Shown: positions 11,794 through 22,093, counted from the stretch's first letter. The stretch is DNA of 64,000 nucleotides from an uncultured delta proteobacterium (GCA_963816395.1 CAWFKQ010000010.1:64001-128000), one strand, 5' to 3'. Translations and numbers: made by a program. The notes: generated by a model not told the origin, from the letters alone.

Positions 11794-13516
11794 ATGTCCC
11801 GTAAGCTGATCGAAAAAGCCCGTCGCCGCCTGGAGAACGAATCCGGGACCCGCGCCAATCCCTGGGGGGGGCGGCTGGCAGTCGCCCTGGTCTATCCCAA
11901 CACCTACCATCAGGCGATGAGCAATCTGGGATTTCTCTCCGTCTTTCATCTGCTGAACAACCGGCCGGACACTCTGTGCGAGCGTTTTTTCCTCCCTGAC
12001 GCCGAGGATCTGGCCGAGCACCGCAAGACCGGCTATCCTCTTTTCTCCCTCGACTCCGGCCGCTCCCTGACCGACTTCGACGTCATCGCCTTCTCCCTCT
12101 CGTTTGAGAATGATTACGTGAATCTGCCGGTCATCTTCGACCTGGCCCGTCTGCCCCTGTTTGCCAGTGAACGCGCAGAGCGCTTTCCACCGCTGCTGGC
12201 CGGCGGCGTCTGCGCTTTTCTCAATCCGGAACCGCTGGCCGAAATCATGGATCTGTTCGCCATAGGAGAGGCCGAGGCGATCCTGCCGCAACTGCTGCCG
12301 GCCCTGGCGGCCGATGCCCCGCGTTCGGAACTGCTGCGCCGCCTGGCCCGCCTGCCGGGAATCTATGTCCCATCTCTATACCAGGTCGACTACCGGCAGG
12401 ATGGCACATTGGCCGGCAGCCGGCCGACTTCCGGGGCGCCGGCGCAGGTCGGCCGGCAGTGGCTGGATGATCTGGACACGGCAGAAACCCGCTCATTCGT
12501 CCTCACCGGCGAGACCGAGTTCGCCGATATGGCGTTGACCGAGGTCTCCCGCGGCTGTTCCCGCGGCTGCCGCTTCTGCGCCGCAGGATTTCTTTACCTG
12601 CCGCCGCGCGAACGCAGCCTGGAACGGCTGTTGCCGCAGATCGAGGATGGCTTCTGCAGCCGGCAGAAACAGGGGCTGGTCGGCGCCGCGGTCTCCGATT
12701 ATTCCCACATGGGCGAGCTGACCGGCGCCATTCTGGAACGCGGCGGCAAAGTTTCGGTGGCCAGCCTGCGCATCGATTCGCTGGCGGCAGAAGACGTGCA
12801 GGCACTCCGCCAGTCCGGCCATAAGACCGATCGCCCTGGCCCCCGAGGCTGGCAGCCAGCGGCTGCGCGACCGCATCAACAAGGGGCTGAACGAAGAGCA
12901 GATCCTCGCCGCTGTCCGCCTGCTGGCGGAGGGGGAAATTCCCAATCTGAAGCTCTACTTTCTCATCGGGCTGCCAGGGGAGCAAGCCGAGGATATCGAG
13001 GAGCTGCTCGCCCTCACCGGCCGCTTGCGCGAGATCTGGCTGTCGATCCAGAAAAAGCAAGGGCGGTTGGGTTCCCTCACTCTGTCGGTCAATCCATTCA
13101 TTCCCAAGCCATTTACCCCCTTCCAGTGGGAGGGGATGGATGGGGAGAAAAGCCTGACGGCCAAACTGCGGCGCTTGCGGGCCGGAGTTGCGCGGCTCCC
13201 CAACACCTCCCTGAACAGCGAGTCGGTGCGCGGCGCTGTTCTGCAGGCTTTCCTTTCCCGGGGGGACCGCCGCATCGGGGCGACGCTTCCCCTGCTCGCC
13301 GCCGGTGACAATCTGGCGACCGCCTGCCGGAAAACAGGCCTCGATCCCGCCTTCTACGTCACCCGTCAGCGGCAACAAGATGAGGTGTTCCCCTGGGAGG
13401 TTTTGAATAGCGGGGTGAGCCGGGACTATCTCTGGAGCGAGTGCCTGCACAGCCGCCGTGAGGAGCTCACTACCCGCTGCCTGCCGGGCTGCCGCCGCTG
13501 CGGCGTCTGCGGCTGA
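11794..13516 (+). CDS. B12-binding-like radical SAM protein (frameshift near 12830)
   Basis: YPNTY..AMSNLG, RGCSRGCRFC (CX3CX2C), PFIPKPFTPFQW, C-terminal CRRCGVC. Confidence 0.88.
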
Positions 13517-13705
13517 TCCATTCCCACCCTGGTTTATCCAAGCCCTTAATATTTAAAAAATTTAATAAGATCCTTGCGGCCCGCACATTCGCTGGTAGTG
13601 TTGTGTCCTATACTGCTTTGGTGTTCGTCCGCGGATACAAGGGGATTCGGGCCTTTCCGCGGGCGGGTACCGGGACCATTTCGGTGCATCTGCCAGGAGG
13701 ACCCG

Positions 13706-14989
13706 ATGAGATACCGGCTGACGCCTGTCCCCAGTCTCCTCTGCCTGCTCGCCCTGTTGTTGTTCACCCCCGCCGTTCTCGCCGCCGCCGAATTCCGCCT
13801 GAGCTCCGATACCCTGTTGCGCGCCTTCGAGCGCAACGCCGGCGGCAGCGAGGATCTTTCCCTGCCGATTTATGAATACCTGCAGGCCGATGTCGGCGAA
13901 CGGGGCGGATCGCCGCTCACCTTCCATCTCTACGGCTGGGGGCGGGTCGATGCCGCCGACAGCGATTACTTCGATGACAGCACCGCCGGCGAACTCCTCT
14001 ACGGTTTTCTCGAATACGCCCATCCTGATACCAGCCTGGTGGCGAAGCTCGGCCGGCAGTACATCTTCGAGGGGGTCGCCCGAAACGAAAGCATCGATGG
14101 TCTGCGGATCAGTACCGATGTGACCAAGTTCTTTTCCGTCTCGGCTTACGGCGGCTGGCCGGTCGCTCTCGACTCGGAACAGGGGCGCAGCGGCGACAGC
14201 ATCTTCGGCGGCCGGGTCGCCAACCACCTGGGCAACTTGTACGAAGTAGGCGTCTCCTACAAGAAGGTCGACAACGACGGCGATGAAGCCGAGCAGATGC
14301 TGGGGATCGATCTCTCCCTCTTCCTGCCGGCCGACCTGAGCGTCTCCGGTTTTTCTTCCTACAACCTGGAGAGCGACGGCTGGGGCGAGCACTCCTACGA
14401 ACTTCGGGCCAGCCTCGGGCCGGTGCAGCTGCGGCCGTTCTTCCAGCGCTTCCGTTATGAGGACTATTTCAGCACCGGCGCCAATACCGGCGGCCCATTC
14501 CGTTTCCTGGACAATCTGGGGGAGACGTTGACCATTTTCGGCGCCGATGCGACCTGGCAGAAGAGTGCCAGCTGGGAGCTCGGCCTGAAGGGGAAATACT
14601 ACGATTATAAGGAATTGGGGAGCAATTCCGAATTCTTCTCGGGGCTGGCGACCTGGCATGGGGAAGGACTGACCCAAATGGGGGGTGAACTCGGCCGCAT
14701 GGAGGGGGACCGCGCTGAAAACGACTACGTCCTGGCGCGTGCCTACGTCTACTGGGACAAGCTTCCGGCCAAGCGGCTGTTGCAGTTCGTTACCGGTGAC
14801 CTCGTCTACGTTTACTACGACGAGAAGATCTTTGACGAAAATTCCTCATTTTTCCTTTCCCTGGGAGGCGGCCGCAAATTTCTGGGGGACAAACTGGAGA
14901 TCAGGATCGCCGGGGACTACAGCAGTGATCCCTACTTCGACAACGACCTGCGCGGCTGGCTCCTGGCCAAATACACGTTCGAGCGCTGA
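13706..14989 (+). CDS. Outer-membrane beta-barrel porin of a porin-cytochrome complex (ExtB/OmbW-like)
   Basis: Signal peptide, aromatic-rich amphipathic strands, C-terminal AKYTF, RBS ggagg; directly upstream of two multiheme cytochromes. Confidence 0.8.
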   Translation: MRYRLTPVPSLLCLLALLLFTPAVLAAAEFRLSSDTLLRAFERNAGGSEDLSLPIYEYLQADVGERGGSPLTFHLYGWGRVDAADSDYFDDSTAGELLYGFLEYAHPDTSLVAKLGRQYIFEGVARNESIDGLRISTDVTKFFSVSAYGGWPVALDSEQGRSGDSIFGGRVANHLGNLYEVGVSYKKVDNDGDEAEQMLGIDLSLFLPADLSVSGFSSYNLESDGWGEHSYELRASLGPVQLRPFFQRFRYEDYFSTGANTGGPFRFLDNLGETLTIFGADATWQKSASWELGLKGKYYDYKELGSNSEFFSGLATWHGEGLTQMGGELGRMEGDRAENDYVLARAYVYWDKLPAKRLLQFVTGDLVYVYYDEKIFDENSSFFLSLGGGRKFLGDKLEIRIAGDYSSDPYFDNDLRGWLLAKYTFER

Positions 14990-15023
14990 TTCCCTGTATT
15001 TATCATTGATCAGGAGTTGAGAT

Positions 15024-15496
15024 ATGGCGAAAAAAGGCGTGACCGCAACGATCATTCTGCTTCTCTCCCTGGCCTTCCTGGCCGCCTGCGCCACCCTGAA
15101 GGGAGGGTTCCAGGTGCCGGCGCAACACCCGGAGGAACTCGGTAAGGGCCGGCCGACCTGCACCGAGTGCCACGATGCGCGCACCGAGGAGTTCAATTAC
15201 GGGCAGTACGTCCATACTGTTGATTGGATGAATACCCATCGTCAGCAGGCCTACCAGGGGGAACAGGTGTGCCGCATGTGCCACCAGACCAGCTTCTGCA
15301 ACGACTGTCATGCCACCCGGGTGGAGCTCAAACCCTCGGTTCGGAACGAGACGGAGAATTATCGCCGCATGCCGCACCGGGGCGATTACCTCACCCGGCA
15401 CCGGATCGACGGCCGGGTCGATCCGACCTCCTGCTTCCGCTGTCACGGCAATCCCAAGGCAGCACGGACCTGCGCCCCCTGCCATCCTTCAGGTGA
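15024..15496 (+). CDS. Pentaheme c-type cytochrome lipoprotein (ExtC/OmaW-like); native stop probably ~15496, ORF track reads through to 15641
   Basis: Lipobox LAAC; CTECH, CRMCH, CNDCH, CFRCH, CAPCH. Confidence 0.88.
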
Positions 15497-15611
15497 TGAA
15501 AAACGCCCATCTGCGGCGTTGCCCTCATCCTTCGTCAACGACGTACCTTCAGGTACGTCTTACTCCTCAGGATTTCGGGCGCCTTGCATCTGGACATTTT
15601 TGCTCAGCCTG
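15490..15611. repeat. ~120 bp palindromic REP/MITE-like element
   Basis: Imperfect terminal inverted repeats (cagg-tgatgaaaaacgcccatctgc / gcatctggacatttttgctcagcctg) and central palindrome gacgtacc-ttca-ggtacgtc. Confidence 0.7.
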
Positions 15612-15648
15612 AGAGAAGAGAGATTTTCAACAACGTTTTGAGGAGGGA

Positions 15649-16515
15649 ATGATGACATCCAGAGTTCCGCTGCTGCTCTGCCTTCTTCTGACGGCACTGA
15701 TCGCCGGCGGCTGCGCCGACAGTAATTCTGGCGCCCCCGAGGTCGACCAGGCGCACCCGACCGGCTGGGTCATCGGCCATGCCGCTGAGGCCCGCGACAA
15801 CCAGACGCGATGCCAGTTCTGCCACGGGGCGGACTTCCGCGGAAACAAGGAGGCGGTCAGCTGCTTCAGCTGCCACCTGGAAGGGCCGCCGCAGGTAGCC
15901 CAATTCCACATCCACCCGATCAGCTGGACCAGCGGCACGACGGTCATCGCCGCCCACCAGAATTTCCCCAGAAATTTCAGCTGGACCCAGTGCGGCAACG
16001 CCGCCTGTCACGGGCCAACGCTGCATGGCGGGATCGCGGGTCCGAGCTGCTTCCTGGCCGCCTGCCATGCCGGCGGGCCGCCGGCGCCGGCCTTCCACAC
16101 CAACCTCTTTATCCAGCCGCAGAATCACGGGGCGCTGGCCAAGAATGAGCAGATCTTCTGCCGCAACTGCCATGGCCGGCCGCCCTTCTTCTTCGACGGC
16201 GGCTATGTCGCCGATCCTGCCATCGGCAACCACCCCCCCGGCAACTGCTCCCTGGCCTTCTGCCATCCGGCCGCCATGGCGCACCCGACCAACTGGCAGG
16301 GGACGGACGACACCGACAGCGACGGCTATCTCGCCACCCACCGCACCATTATCCCCTCGGCGGTCCCCGGCGGCTGCGTTCTCTGCCACCAGACCAGTCC
16401 CGGCGGCGCGAGCCCTCTGCCCGCGGCGCCGAGCTGCTTCACCGGTCAGTTCACCAATGCGGCCGGCAATACCACCGGCTGCCATCCCGGTGGACCATCC
16501 ATCCTGACTCCCTGA
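15649..16515 (+). CDS. Multiheme c-type cytochrome lipoprotein, up to 8 hemes (4 CXXCH, 3 CX4CH, 1 CX14CH)
   Basis: Lipobox IAGGC; CQFCH, CFSCH, CGNAACH, CFLAACH, CRNCH, CSLAFCH, CVLCH, CFTGQFTNAAGNTTGCH. Confidence 0.88.
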   Translation: MMTSRVPLLLCLLLTALIAGGCADSNSGAPEVDQAHPTGWVIGHAAEARDNQTRCQFCHGADFRGNKEAVSCFSCHLEGPPQVAQFHIHPISWTSGTTVIAAHQNFPRNFSWTQCGNAACHGPTLHGGIAGPSCFLAACHAGGPPAPAFHTNLFIQPQNHGALAKNEQIFCRNCHGRPPFFFDGGYVADPAIGNHPPGNCSLAFCHPAAMAHPTNWQGTDDTDSDGYLATHRTIIPSAVPGGCVLCHQTSPGGASPLPAAPSCFTGQFTNAAGNTTGCHPGGPSILTP

Positions 16516-16547
16516 GCGATTCCCGTGATTGATTTGCGCCCGCCGCC

Positions 16548-16575
16548 TTGACAGGCGGCGGGCGCTGGCTACAAT
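16548..16575 (+). promoter_or_regulatory. Sigma70-type promoter for tpx
   Basis: TTGACA-N16-TACAAT, ~45 nt before the tpx ATG. Confidence 0.6.
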
Positions 16576-16618
16576 TAATGACCGTAGCGATGATCATTTA
16601 ACAAAAGGAGGATTGCCA

Positions 16619-17140
16619 ATGCAGACCCGCGAAAAACCCGGTGCCGTCACCTTCAAAGGGAACCCCATGACTCTGCTGGGCGAGGATGTGCTGGTGGGGA
16701 GTGAGGCGCCCGAGTTCCGGGTGGTGAACACCGACCTGCAGCCGGTGGCCCTGAAAGACTCGGCCGGCAAGGTGCGCCTGATTACCGTCGTGCCCTCCCT
16801 CGACACCGGGGTGTGCGATACCATGACCCGCAAGTTCAACGAAAAGGCAGCTCAGCTCCCGGAGGATGCGGTCGTCTACACGGTCAGCGTCGACCTTCCC
16901 TTCGCACAGAAGCGCTGGTGCGGCAATGCCGGGATCGATAAGGTGAAGACCCTCTCCGACTACCAGGATCGCTCCTTCGGCCTCAACTACGGGGTGTTGA
17001 TCAAGGAGCTGAAGCTGCTCGCCCGTTCGGTCTTCGTCATTGACCGGCAGGGGAAGGTCGCCTATCGGGAGATCGTCCCCGAGGTGACGCAGGAGCCCGA
17101 TTACGAGGCGGCGCTGGCGGCGGTGAAGAAGCTTCTCTGA
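16619..17140 (+). CDS. tpx: Thiol peroxidase (Tpx)
   Basis: VTFKGNP, VPSLDTGVC, SVDLPFAQKRWC, EPDY; RBS aaggagg. Confidence 0.96.
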   Translation: MQTREKPGAVTFKGNPMTLLGEDVLVGSEAPEFRVVNTDLQPVALKDSAGKVRLITVVPSLDTGVCDTMTRKFNEKAAQLPEDAVVYTVSVDLPFAQKRWCGNAGIDKVKTLSDYQDRSFGLNYGVLIKELKLLARSVFVIDRQGKVAYREIVPEVTQEPDYEAALAAVKKLL

Positions 17141-17170
17141 TTCTCGCGGGCAAAGTCCGCTCCAGACAGC

Positions 17171-17204
17171 AAAAAGCCTCCAGGTTGCATGACCTGGAGG
17201 CTTT
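17171..17204. terminator. Bidirectional terminator
   Basis: aaaaagcctccagg-ttgcatga-cctggaggcttt between convergent genes. Confidence 0.75.
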
Positions 17205-17243
17205 GTCGTATGCCCTACGGACCGGAGGACTTGGGCCGGCAGT

Positions 17244-17447
17244 TTAATCCTTGCTGACGTAATCCCGTCCCTTGCGCAGGAGGAAGTGCTTCAGGCCGGA
17301 AGGGGAGCGCACCTGCCCCCGCACCTCCTCGAACCGGCGCCAGGAACGGAACAGGCGACCCAGCATCCGGCCGGCGCGGGGGGCGCCGAACAGGAGAACG
17401 AGGCAACTGCCAATGAGGAGGATTTCAAAAGGGCCGAGTCCGAACAT
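17244..17447 (-). CDS. TatA/E-like small membrane protein
   Basis: MFGLGPFEILLI....LLFG followed by an amphipathic helix. Confidence 0.6.
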   Translation of the reverse strand: MFGLGPFEILLIGSCLVLLFGAPRAGRMLGRLFRSWRRFEEVRGQVRSPSGLKHFLLRKGRDYVSKD

Positions 17448-17598
17448 ACCTGCATATTACCCGAAGCGGGGCAGTCCGGCAATGAGGATTGAAAATCAGT
17501 TTTGAAAGGCCGCCGTCTGCGCACCCACACTCATCACCCTGCCTGCGGGCTGGCGCAGACCGGCGGGAGGCTGGAGGATGGGAAACAAGCGCGCGGCT

Positions 17599-18381
17599 TT
17601 ACAGCACCTCGGCCAGGAAGAGCCGCGTTCGCTCCTCCCGCGCCTCCCGGAACAGCCGCTCGGGTTCTCCCGTCTCGACGATGCGGCCGTCGGCCATGAA
17701 GGCCACCCGGTCGGCGACGCGCTCGGCGAAGCCCATCTCGTGGGTGACCACAACCATCGTCATCCCTTCCGCCGCCAGATTCTCCATGACGCGCAGCACC
17801 TCCCCCACCAGCTCGGGATCAAGGGCGCTCGTCACCTCGTCGAAGAGCATCACCGCCGGCTGCATCGCCAGTGCCCGGGCGATGGCCACCCGCTGTTGCT
17901 GTCCGCCGGAGAGGCGTGCCGGCCAGGCGTCGCGCTTCTCGGCCAGGCCGACTTTGGCCAGCAGCTCTTCGGCCTTGACGATCGCCTCTGCCCGGCTGCG
18001 CCCCAGCACCTGGATCGGCGCTTCGATGAGATTCTCCAGCACCGTCTTGTGCGGAAAGAGGTTGAACTGCTGGAAGACCATTCCCAGGTGCGTCCGGATG
18101 CGGTTGAGATGGCGCTGGAAAGCGCGCGGGGGAAGATCGCTGCGGTTCACCTGCTCGCCGGCGACCCACACCTCGCCAGTGGTGGGCCGCTCCAGGTGAT
18201 TGATGCAGCGCAGCAGGGTGCTCTTCCCCGAACCGCTCGGACCGATGAGCACCAGCACTTCGCCGGGTGCCACCTCCAGGTCGATCCCTTTCAGGATCTC
18301 CTGGCGGCCGAAGGCCTTGCACACTCCCGCGAGGCGGATCATCGGCCCTTCGCCTGGTTGGAATCCGGCGGCGGTGCTCAT
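17599..18381 (-). CDS. Polar amino-acid ABC transporter ATP-binding protein
   Basis: [37 protein letters not shown]. Confidence 0.95.
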   Translation of the reverse strand: MSTAAGFQPGEGPMIRLAGVCKAFGRQEILKGIDLEVAPGEVLVLIGPSGSGKSTLLRCINHLERPTTGEVWVAGEQVNRSDLPPRAFQRHLNRIRTHLGMVFQQFNLFPHKTVLENLIEAPIQVLGRSRAEAIVKAEELLAKVGLAEKRDAWPARLSGGQQQRVAIARALAMQPAVMLFDEVTSALDPELVGEVLRVMENLAAEGMTMVVVTHEMGFAERVADRVAFMADGRIVETGEPERLFREAREERTRLFLAEVL

Positions 18382-19034
18382 GCGAATCCCCGCCGGGTGC
18401 GGTTTTCGTAGAGCCGCAGCAGCAGGGCGGCGCCGGTGGTGAGAATGGCATAGAGAAAAGCGGCCATCAGATACATCTCGAAGGGGCGATAGGTGGAGCC
18501 GATCAGCCGCTGGGCGGTGAGGGTCAACTCCACCAGGGTGATGGTGGAAACCAGGGAGGTGTCCTTGATGAGAATGACGAAGTTGTTCCCCAGGGGCGGA
18601 ATGATCAGCCGCGCCGCCTGCGGCAGGACGATGCGGCGCATGGTCTGACCGGCGCTCATCCCCAGAGAACGGGCCGCTTCCACCTGCCCCCGGGGGACGG
18701 CGAGGATGCCGCCGCGGATAGTTTCGGCATTGTAGGCGCCGGTGTTCAGAGCCAGCGCGAGGACCCCCGACCAGAAGGGACTCAGGTCGATGCCGAACTG
18801 CGGCAGGCCGAAATAGATGAGGAAGAGCTGCACCAGCAGGGGGGTGGAGCGGATGAGCCAGACATAAAAGCGCCCCGCCCAGCGCAGCAGGGGGTTGTTC
18901 GCCAGGATGCAGAGCGCCGCTGTCAGCCCGGCGACCAGACCCAGGATCAGGGAGACGGCTGAGATCTCCAGGGTGAGCAGGGCGCCCTTGAGCAGGAAGG
19001 GGAAGTAGTGAACGACGATCGACCAGTCGAGCAT
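18378..19034 (-). CDS. Polar amino-acid ABC transporter permease
   Basis: [24 protein letters not shown]. Confidence 0.95.
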   Translation of the reverse strand: MLDWSIVVHYFPFLLKGALLTLEISAVSLILGLVAGLTAALCILANNPLLRWAGRFYVWLIRSTPLLVQLFLIYFGLPQFGIDLSPFWSGVLALALNTGAYNAETIRGGILAVPRGQVEAARSLGMSAGQTMRRIVLPQAARLIIPPLGNNFVILIKDTSLVSTITLVELTLTAQRLIGSTYRPFEMYLMAAFLYAILTTGAALLLRLYENRTRRGFA

Positions 19035-19037
19035 GGT

Positions 19038-19805
19038 TCAGCGGGCATCGATCTTCAGCCAGCGCAGGCTGATCTGGTGATAAGTGCCGTCTGCCCGCAT
19101 TTTCTCCAGAGCGCTGTTGACCGCCTTCCTGAGCCCGGCATGGCCCCGGCGCAGGGCGATGCCCATCCGTTCCTCATACAGGAGAGGACCGGCCGGCCGG
19201 ATCGGGGCATGCTTCTCCTCGATGGCCATGGCGCCGACGATGCGATCGGTAACGAAGCCGTCGATCCGTCCCGTGGCGGCCTCCAGCACCATCGCCGGTA
19301 CCCCCTTGTAGGTGCGTACCTGAACCTGCGGCAGGTTGCCGCGGACCCACTCCTCATACGTCGTGCCCAGGGTCACGCCGATCCTCTTGCCGGCGAGATC
19401 GGCGGCCGAGGTCGCCGATGAGCCGCGGGGCACGAACAGCTGGGCGCCGGAGCGGTAGTAGGGGGCGGAGAAGTCCACGGTGCGCAGGCGCTGCTCGGTG
19501 ATGGCCATGCTGCCGCAGATCAGATCGTATTTGCCGGCCAGCAGCCCGGCGATGATGCCGTCCCAGGCAATAGAAATCGGTCGCGGCTGCAGACCCAGCC
19601 GCCGGGCGATGTCGCTGCACACGGCCACGTCGAAGCCGGTAAGCTGATTGCTTTCGTCGACGAAATTGAAGGGAGGATACTGGCCGCTCATGGCGAAGGT
19701 GAGAGAACCCGGTTCCCGGATCCCGGCCAGGTCGCCGGCAACGCAGTTAAGGGGGAAGTACAGGGTCAGGATGAACAGCAGGAGAATGGACCGGGCTCTG
19801 GGCAT
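19038..19805 (-). CDS. Polar amino-acid ABC transporter substrate-binding protein
   Basis: Signal peptide; [24 protein letters not shown]. Confidence 0.93.
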   Translation of the reverse strand: MPRARSILLLFILTLYFPLNCVAGDLAGIREPGSLTFAMSGQYPPFNFVDESNQLTGFDVAVCSDIARRLGLQPRPISIAWDGIIAGLLAGKYDLICGSMAITEQRLRTVDFSAPYYRSGAQLFVPRGSSATSAADLAGKRIGVTLGTTYEEWVRGNLPQVQVRTYKGVPAMVLEAATGRIDGFVTDRIVGAMAIEEKHAPIRPAGPLLYEERMGIALRRGHAGLRKAVNSALEKMRADGTYHQISLRWLKIDAR

Positions 19806-19929
19806 TGCGTCCTCCTTGCGGGAAGTCGCCGCTCATACCGAGGTGGGCAAAACGACGGGAATTTTAGAACAAGCTGGCGGATCGAGGGAAAGTCAGCCGA
19901 CCATAGTACATTGCTGGAAAGCTGTCAAG

Positions 19930-20886
19930 TCAGGCAAAAATGGAATTGCGCCCTTTGTTCTTGGCCCGGAAGAGGGCAGTATCGGCGGCGGTCAGGAGAC
20001 CTTCAGGGGAATCGTCGGGTCTGGCCTGGGCTATGCCGATGGAGATGGTGAGGGACGGCCGAACGGTTCCGTCGCTCATCACAAGCGGGCTTGCCATGAC
20101 CTCTGCCCGCAGGCGCTCCGCGGCAATTTTCGCACCTTCGATGTCGACGCCGGGCAGCAGAATCACGAATTCGTCTCCGCCGTATCGCGCCGCCAGTGCC
20201 GTTGGCCGGAGATGGTCGAGCAAAGTCCTGCCGATGGTATGAATGGCCCGGTCGCCGCATAGGTGTCCATGGCGGTCGTTGAATTTTTTAAAAAAATCGA
20301 TATCGATCATAATCAGCGACAGGGGACTGGTCTCGATAACGGATCGCTTGAGCTGGCGGGGAAGAATCCGGTCGAACCAGTGACGGTTGTGCAGTCCGGT
20401 TAGCGCATCGATTGTTCCGTAGCGGTGGATGTCTTCTTCCAGCTGCATCTTGCCGGTAATCAGGCGGTTGGCGCCCCGCAGGCGCCGGGTCAGGATATGC
20501 AGAAGGTTGCAGGCGGCGGCGTGCGAGACCCGCACCAGAGACCAGAGAAGATCTTTCTCCATCACCAGAAGGCGGCACTCGGTATCGGCGGCGACGAAGG
20601 CGGAAGCTCCCTTTCTGTCGATGATGGACATCTCACCGACGATCTCCCCCTTTTCCAGAATGGCGACCGGCTCGCTTTCGAGGGAAGCCAGATGGACCCG
20701 CATTCGGCCATCCAGAATAATGTACAGGTGCCGGTTAGGCTGGTCAAAATTGAGCAGCACCTCATTCCTGCCGATCATTTTTACCGCACAGGCATCGAGG
20801 ATGCCCTCGATCGATTCGGGGGCGACGAATTTCAGAAGCTCAAGCTCTCGCAGCTCTTCGGCGCTGACGCCAGGCGGGCGGCCCAT
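19930..20886 (-). CDS. Diguanylate cyclase with N-terminal cyclic-nucleotide-binding domain
   Basis: GEIVGEMSII (cNMP domain); DALTGLHNR, DIDFFKKFND, RYGGDEF. Confidence 0.92.
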   Translation of the reverse strand: MGRPPGVSAEELRELELLKFVAPESIEGILDACAVKMIGRNEVLLNFDQPNRHLYIILDGRMRVHLASLESEPVAILEKGEIVGEMSIIDRKGASAFVAADTECRLLVMEKDLLWSLVRVSHAAACNLLHILTRRLRGANRLITGKMQLEEDIHRYGTIDALTGLHNRHWFDRILPRQLKRSVIETSPLSLIMIDIDFFKKFNDRHGHLCGDRAIHTIGRTLLDHLRPTALAARYGGDEFVILLPGVDIEGAKIAAERLRAEVMASPLVMSDGTVRPSLTISIGIAQARPDDSPEGLLTAADTALFRAKNKGRNSIFA

Positions 20887-21025
20887 TTGTTCTCCTGATT
20901 GCAATGAAATTCAATTTTCTCCAGTTTACCTGAATCTGGAGACCAAAGATAAGCAAAGTTTATACCAGCTATGGCAGTTTATTCCCGGAATATGCAAGCG
21001 GGGGATTCCCGCGCGGTTTGGTTGC

Positions 21026-22093
21026 TCAGGACGGCCGGGCGCGCCGGTACTGCGGCGGCCAGGGGAGATCGACGCCGAGGGCGCGGGCGGCGTGCAGCGG
21101 CCAGTAAGGGTCGCGCAGCAGTTCCCGGGCGAGAAAGACGGCATCGGCCAGGCCGGTGGCGACGATCTGTTCCGCCTGGGCCGGTTCGGTGATGAAACCG
21201 ACGGTGCCGGTGGCGATCCCGGCCTGCTCGCGGATGGCGGTGGCGAACGGCGTCTGGAAGCCGGGGCCGGCGGGGAGGACGGCATCGGGCGCCAGGCCGG
21301 CGCTGGAGCAGTCGATGAGGTCGATGCCGAGCTCCCGCAGGCGGCGGCACAGCTCCACCGACTGTTCCAGGTCCCAGCCGCCCGGCAGCCAGTCGCTGGC
21401 GGAGATGCGGACGAAGACCGGCCACTCCGCCGGCCAGGCCTCGCGCACCGCTCGGGCCACCCGCAGCGGCAGGCGCAGGCGGTTTTCCAGGCTGCCGCCG
21501 TACTCGTCCGCGCGCCGGTTGGTCAGGGGGGAGAGGAACTGGTGCAGCAGGTAGCCGTGCGCCATGTGCACCTCCACCACCCGGAAACCGGCCTCCCGGG
21601 CCAGGCGGGCGGCATCGGCGAACTGGCCGACGATTTCCTCGATCTCGCCGGCGGTGAGCTCGCGGGGGAGCGGGTGCCCGGCGGCGAAGGGGAGGGGGCT
21701 GGGAGCCACCGGCTGCCAGCCGCGCGCCTCCGGGCCGAGGGGACCGCCGCCGCGCCAGGGGGCGTCGGTGGAAGCCTTGCGGCCGGCGTGGCCGAGCTGG
21801 ATGCCGGCCACCGCCCCCTGCGCGGCGATGAACTCGGCGATGGGGCGGAAGGCCTCGGCGTGCGCCGCGCTCCACAGGCCGCTGTCGTCCGGGCTGATGC
21901 GCCCCTCCGGGCTGACCGCGGTCGCCTCCACCATCACCAGGGCGGCGCCGCCGACGGCGCGGCTCCCCAGGTGGACCAGGTGCCAGGAGGTGGGCAGCCC
22001 CTCGCTGCTCGAATACATGCACATGGGGGAGACGAAGATCCGATTGCGGAACGTCACCTCCCGGATTTTCAGGGGAGAAAAGAGCACACTCAC
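21026..22093 (-). CDS. NADH:flavin oxidoreductase (YqjM/NamA-type old yellow enzyme)
   Basis: NRIFVSPMCMYS, HAGRKAS, HMAHGYLLHQFLSP, RELLRDPYW. Confidence 0.93.
   Translation of the reverse strand: MSVLFSPLKIREVTFRNRIFVSPMCMYSSSEGLPTSWHLVHLGSRAVGGAALVMVEATAVSPEGRISPDDSGLWSAAHAEAFRPIAEFIAAQGAVAGIQLGHAGRKASTDAPWRGGGPLGPEARGWQPVAPSPLPFAAGHPLPRELTAGEIEEIVGQFADAARLAREAGFRVVEVHMAHGYLLHQFLSPLTNRRADEYGGSLENRLRLPLRVARAVREAWPAEWPVFVRISASDWLPGGWDLEQSVELCRRLRELGIDLIDCSSAGLAPDAVLPAGPGFQTPFATAIREQAGIATGTVGFITEPAQAEQIVATGLADAVFLARELLRDPYWPLHAARALGVDLPWPPQYRRARPS

Noticed and set aside
13520..13705. c-di-GMP/cGAMP (GEMM-I) riboswitch upstream of the porin-cytochrome operon
   Set aside because: Expected from context, but I could not find the GGCAAAC / GAAA / GGACGCAAAG core
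15649..16515. Calling the CX14CH cytochrome OmcZ
   Set aside because: It is a lipoprotein, the CX14CH is the last motif rather than the second, no overall similarity is evident and no subtilase gene is adjacent
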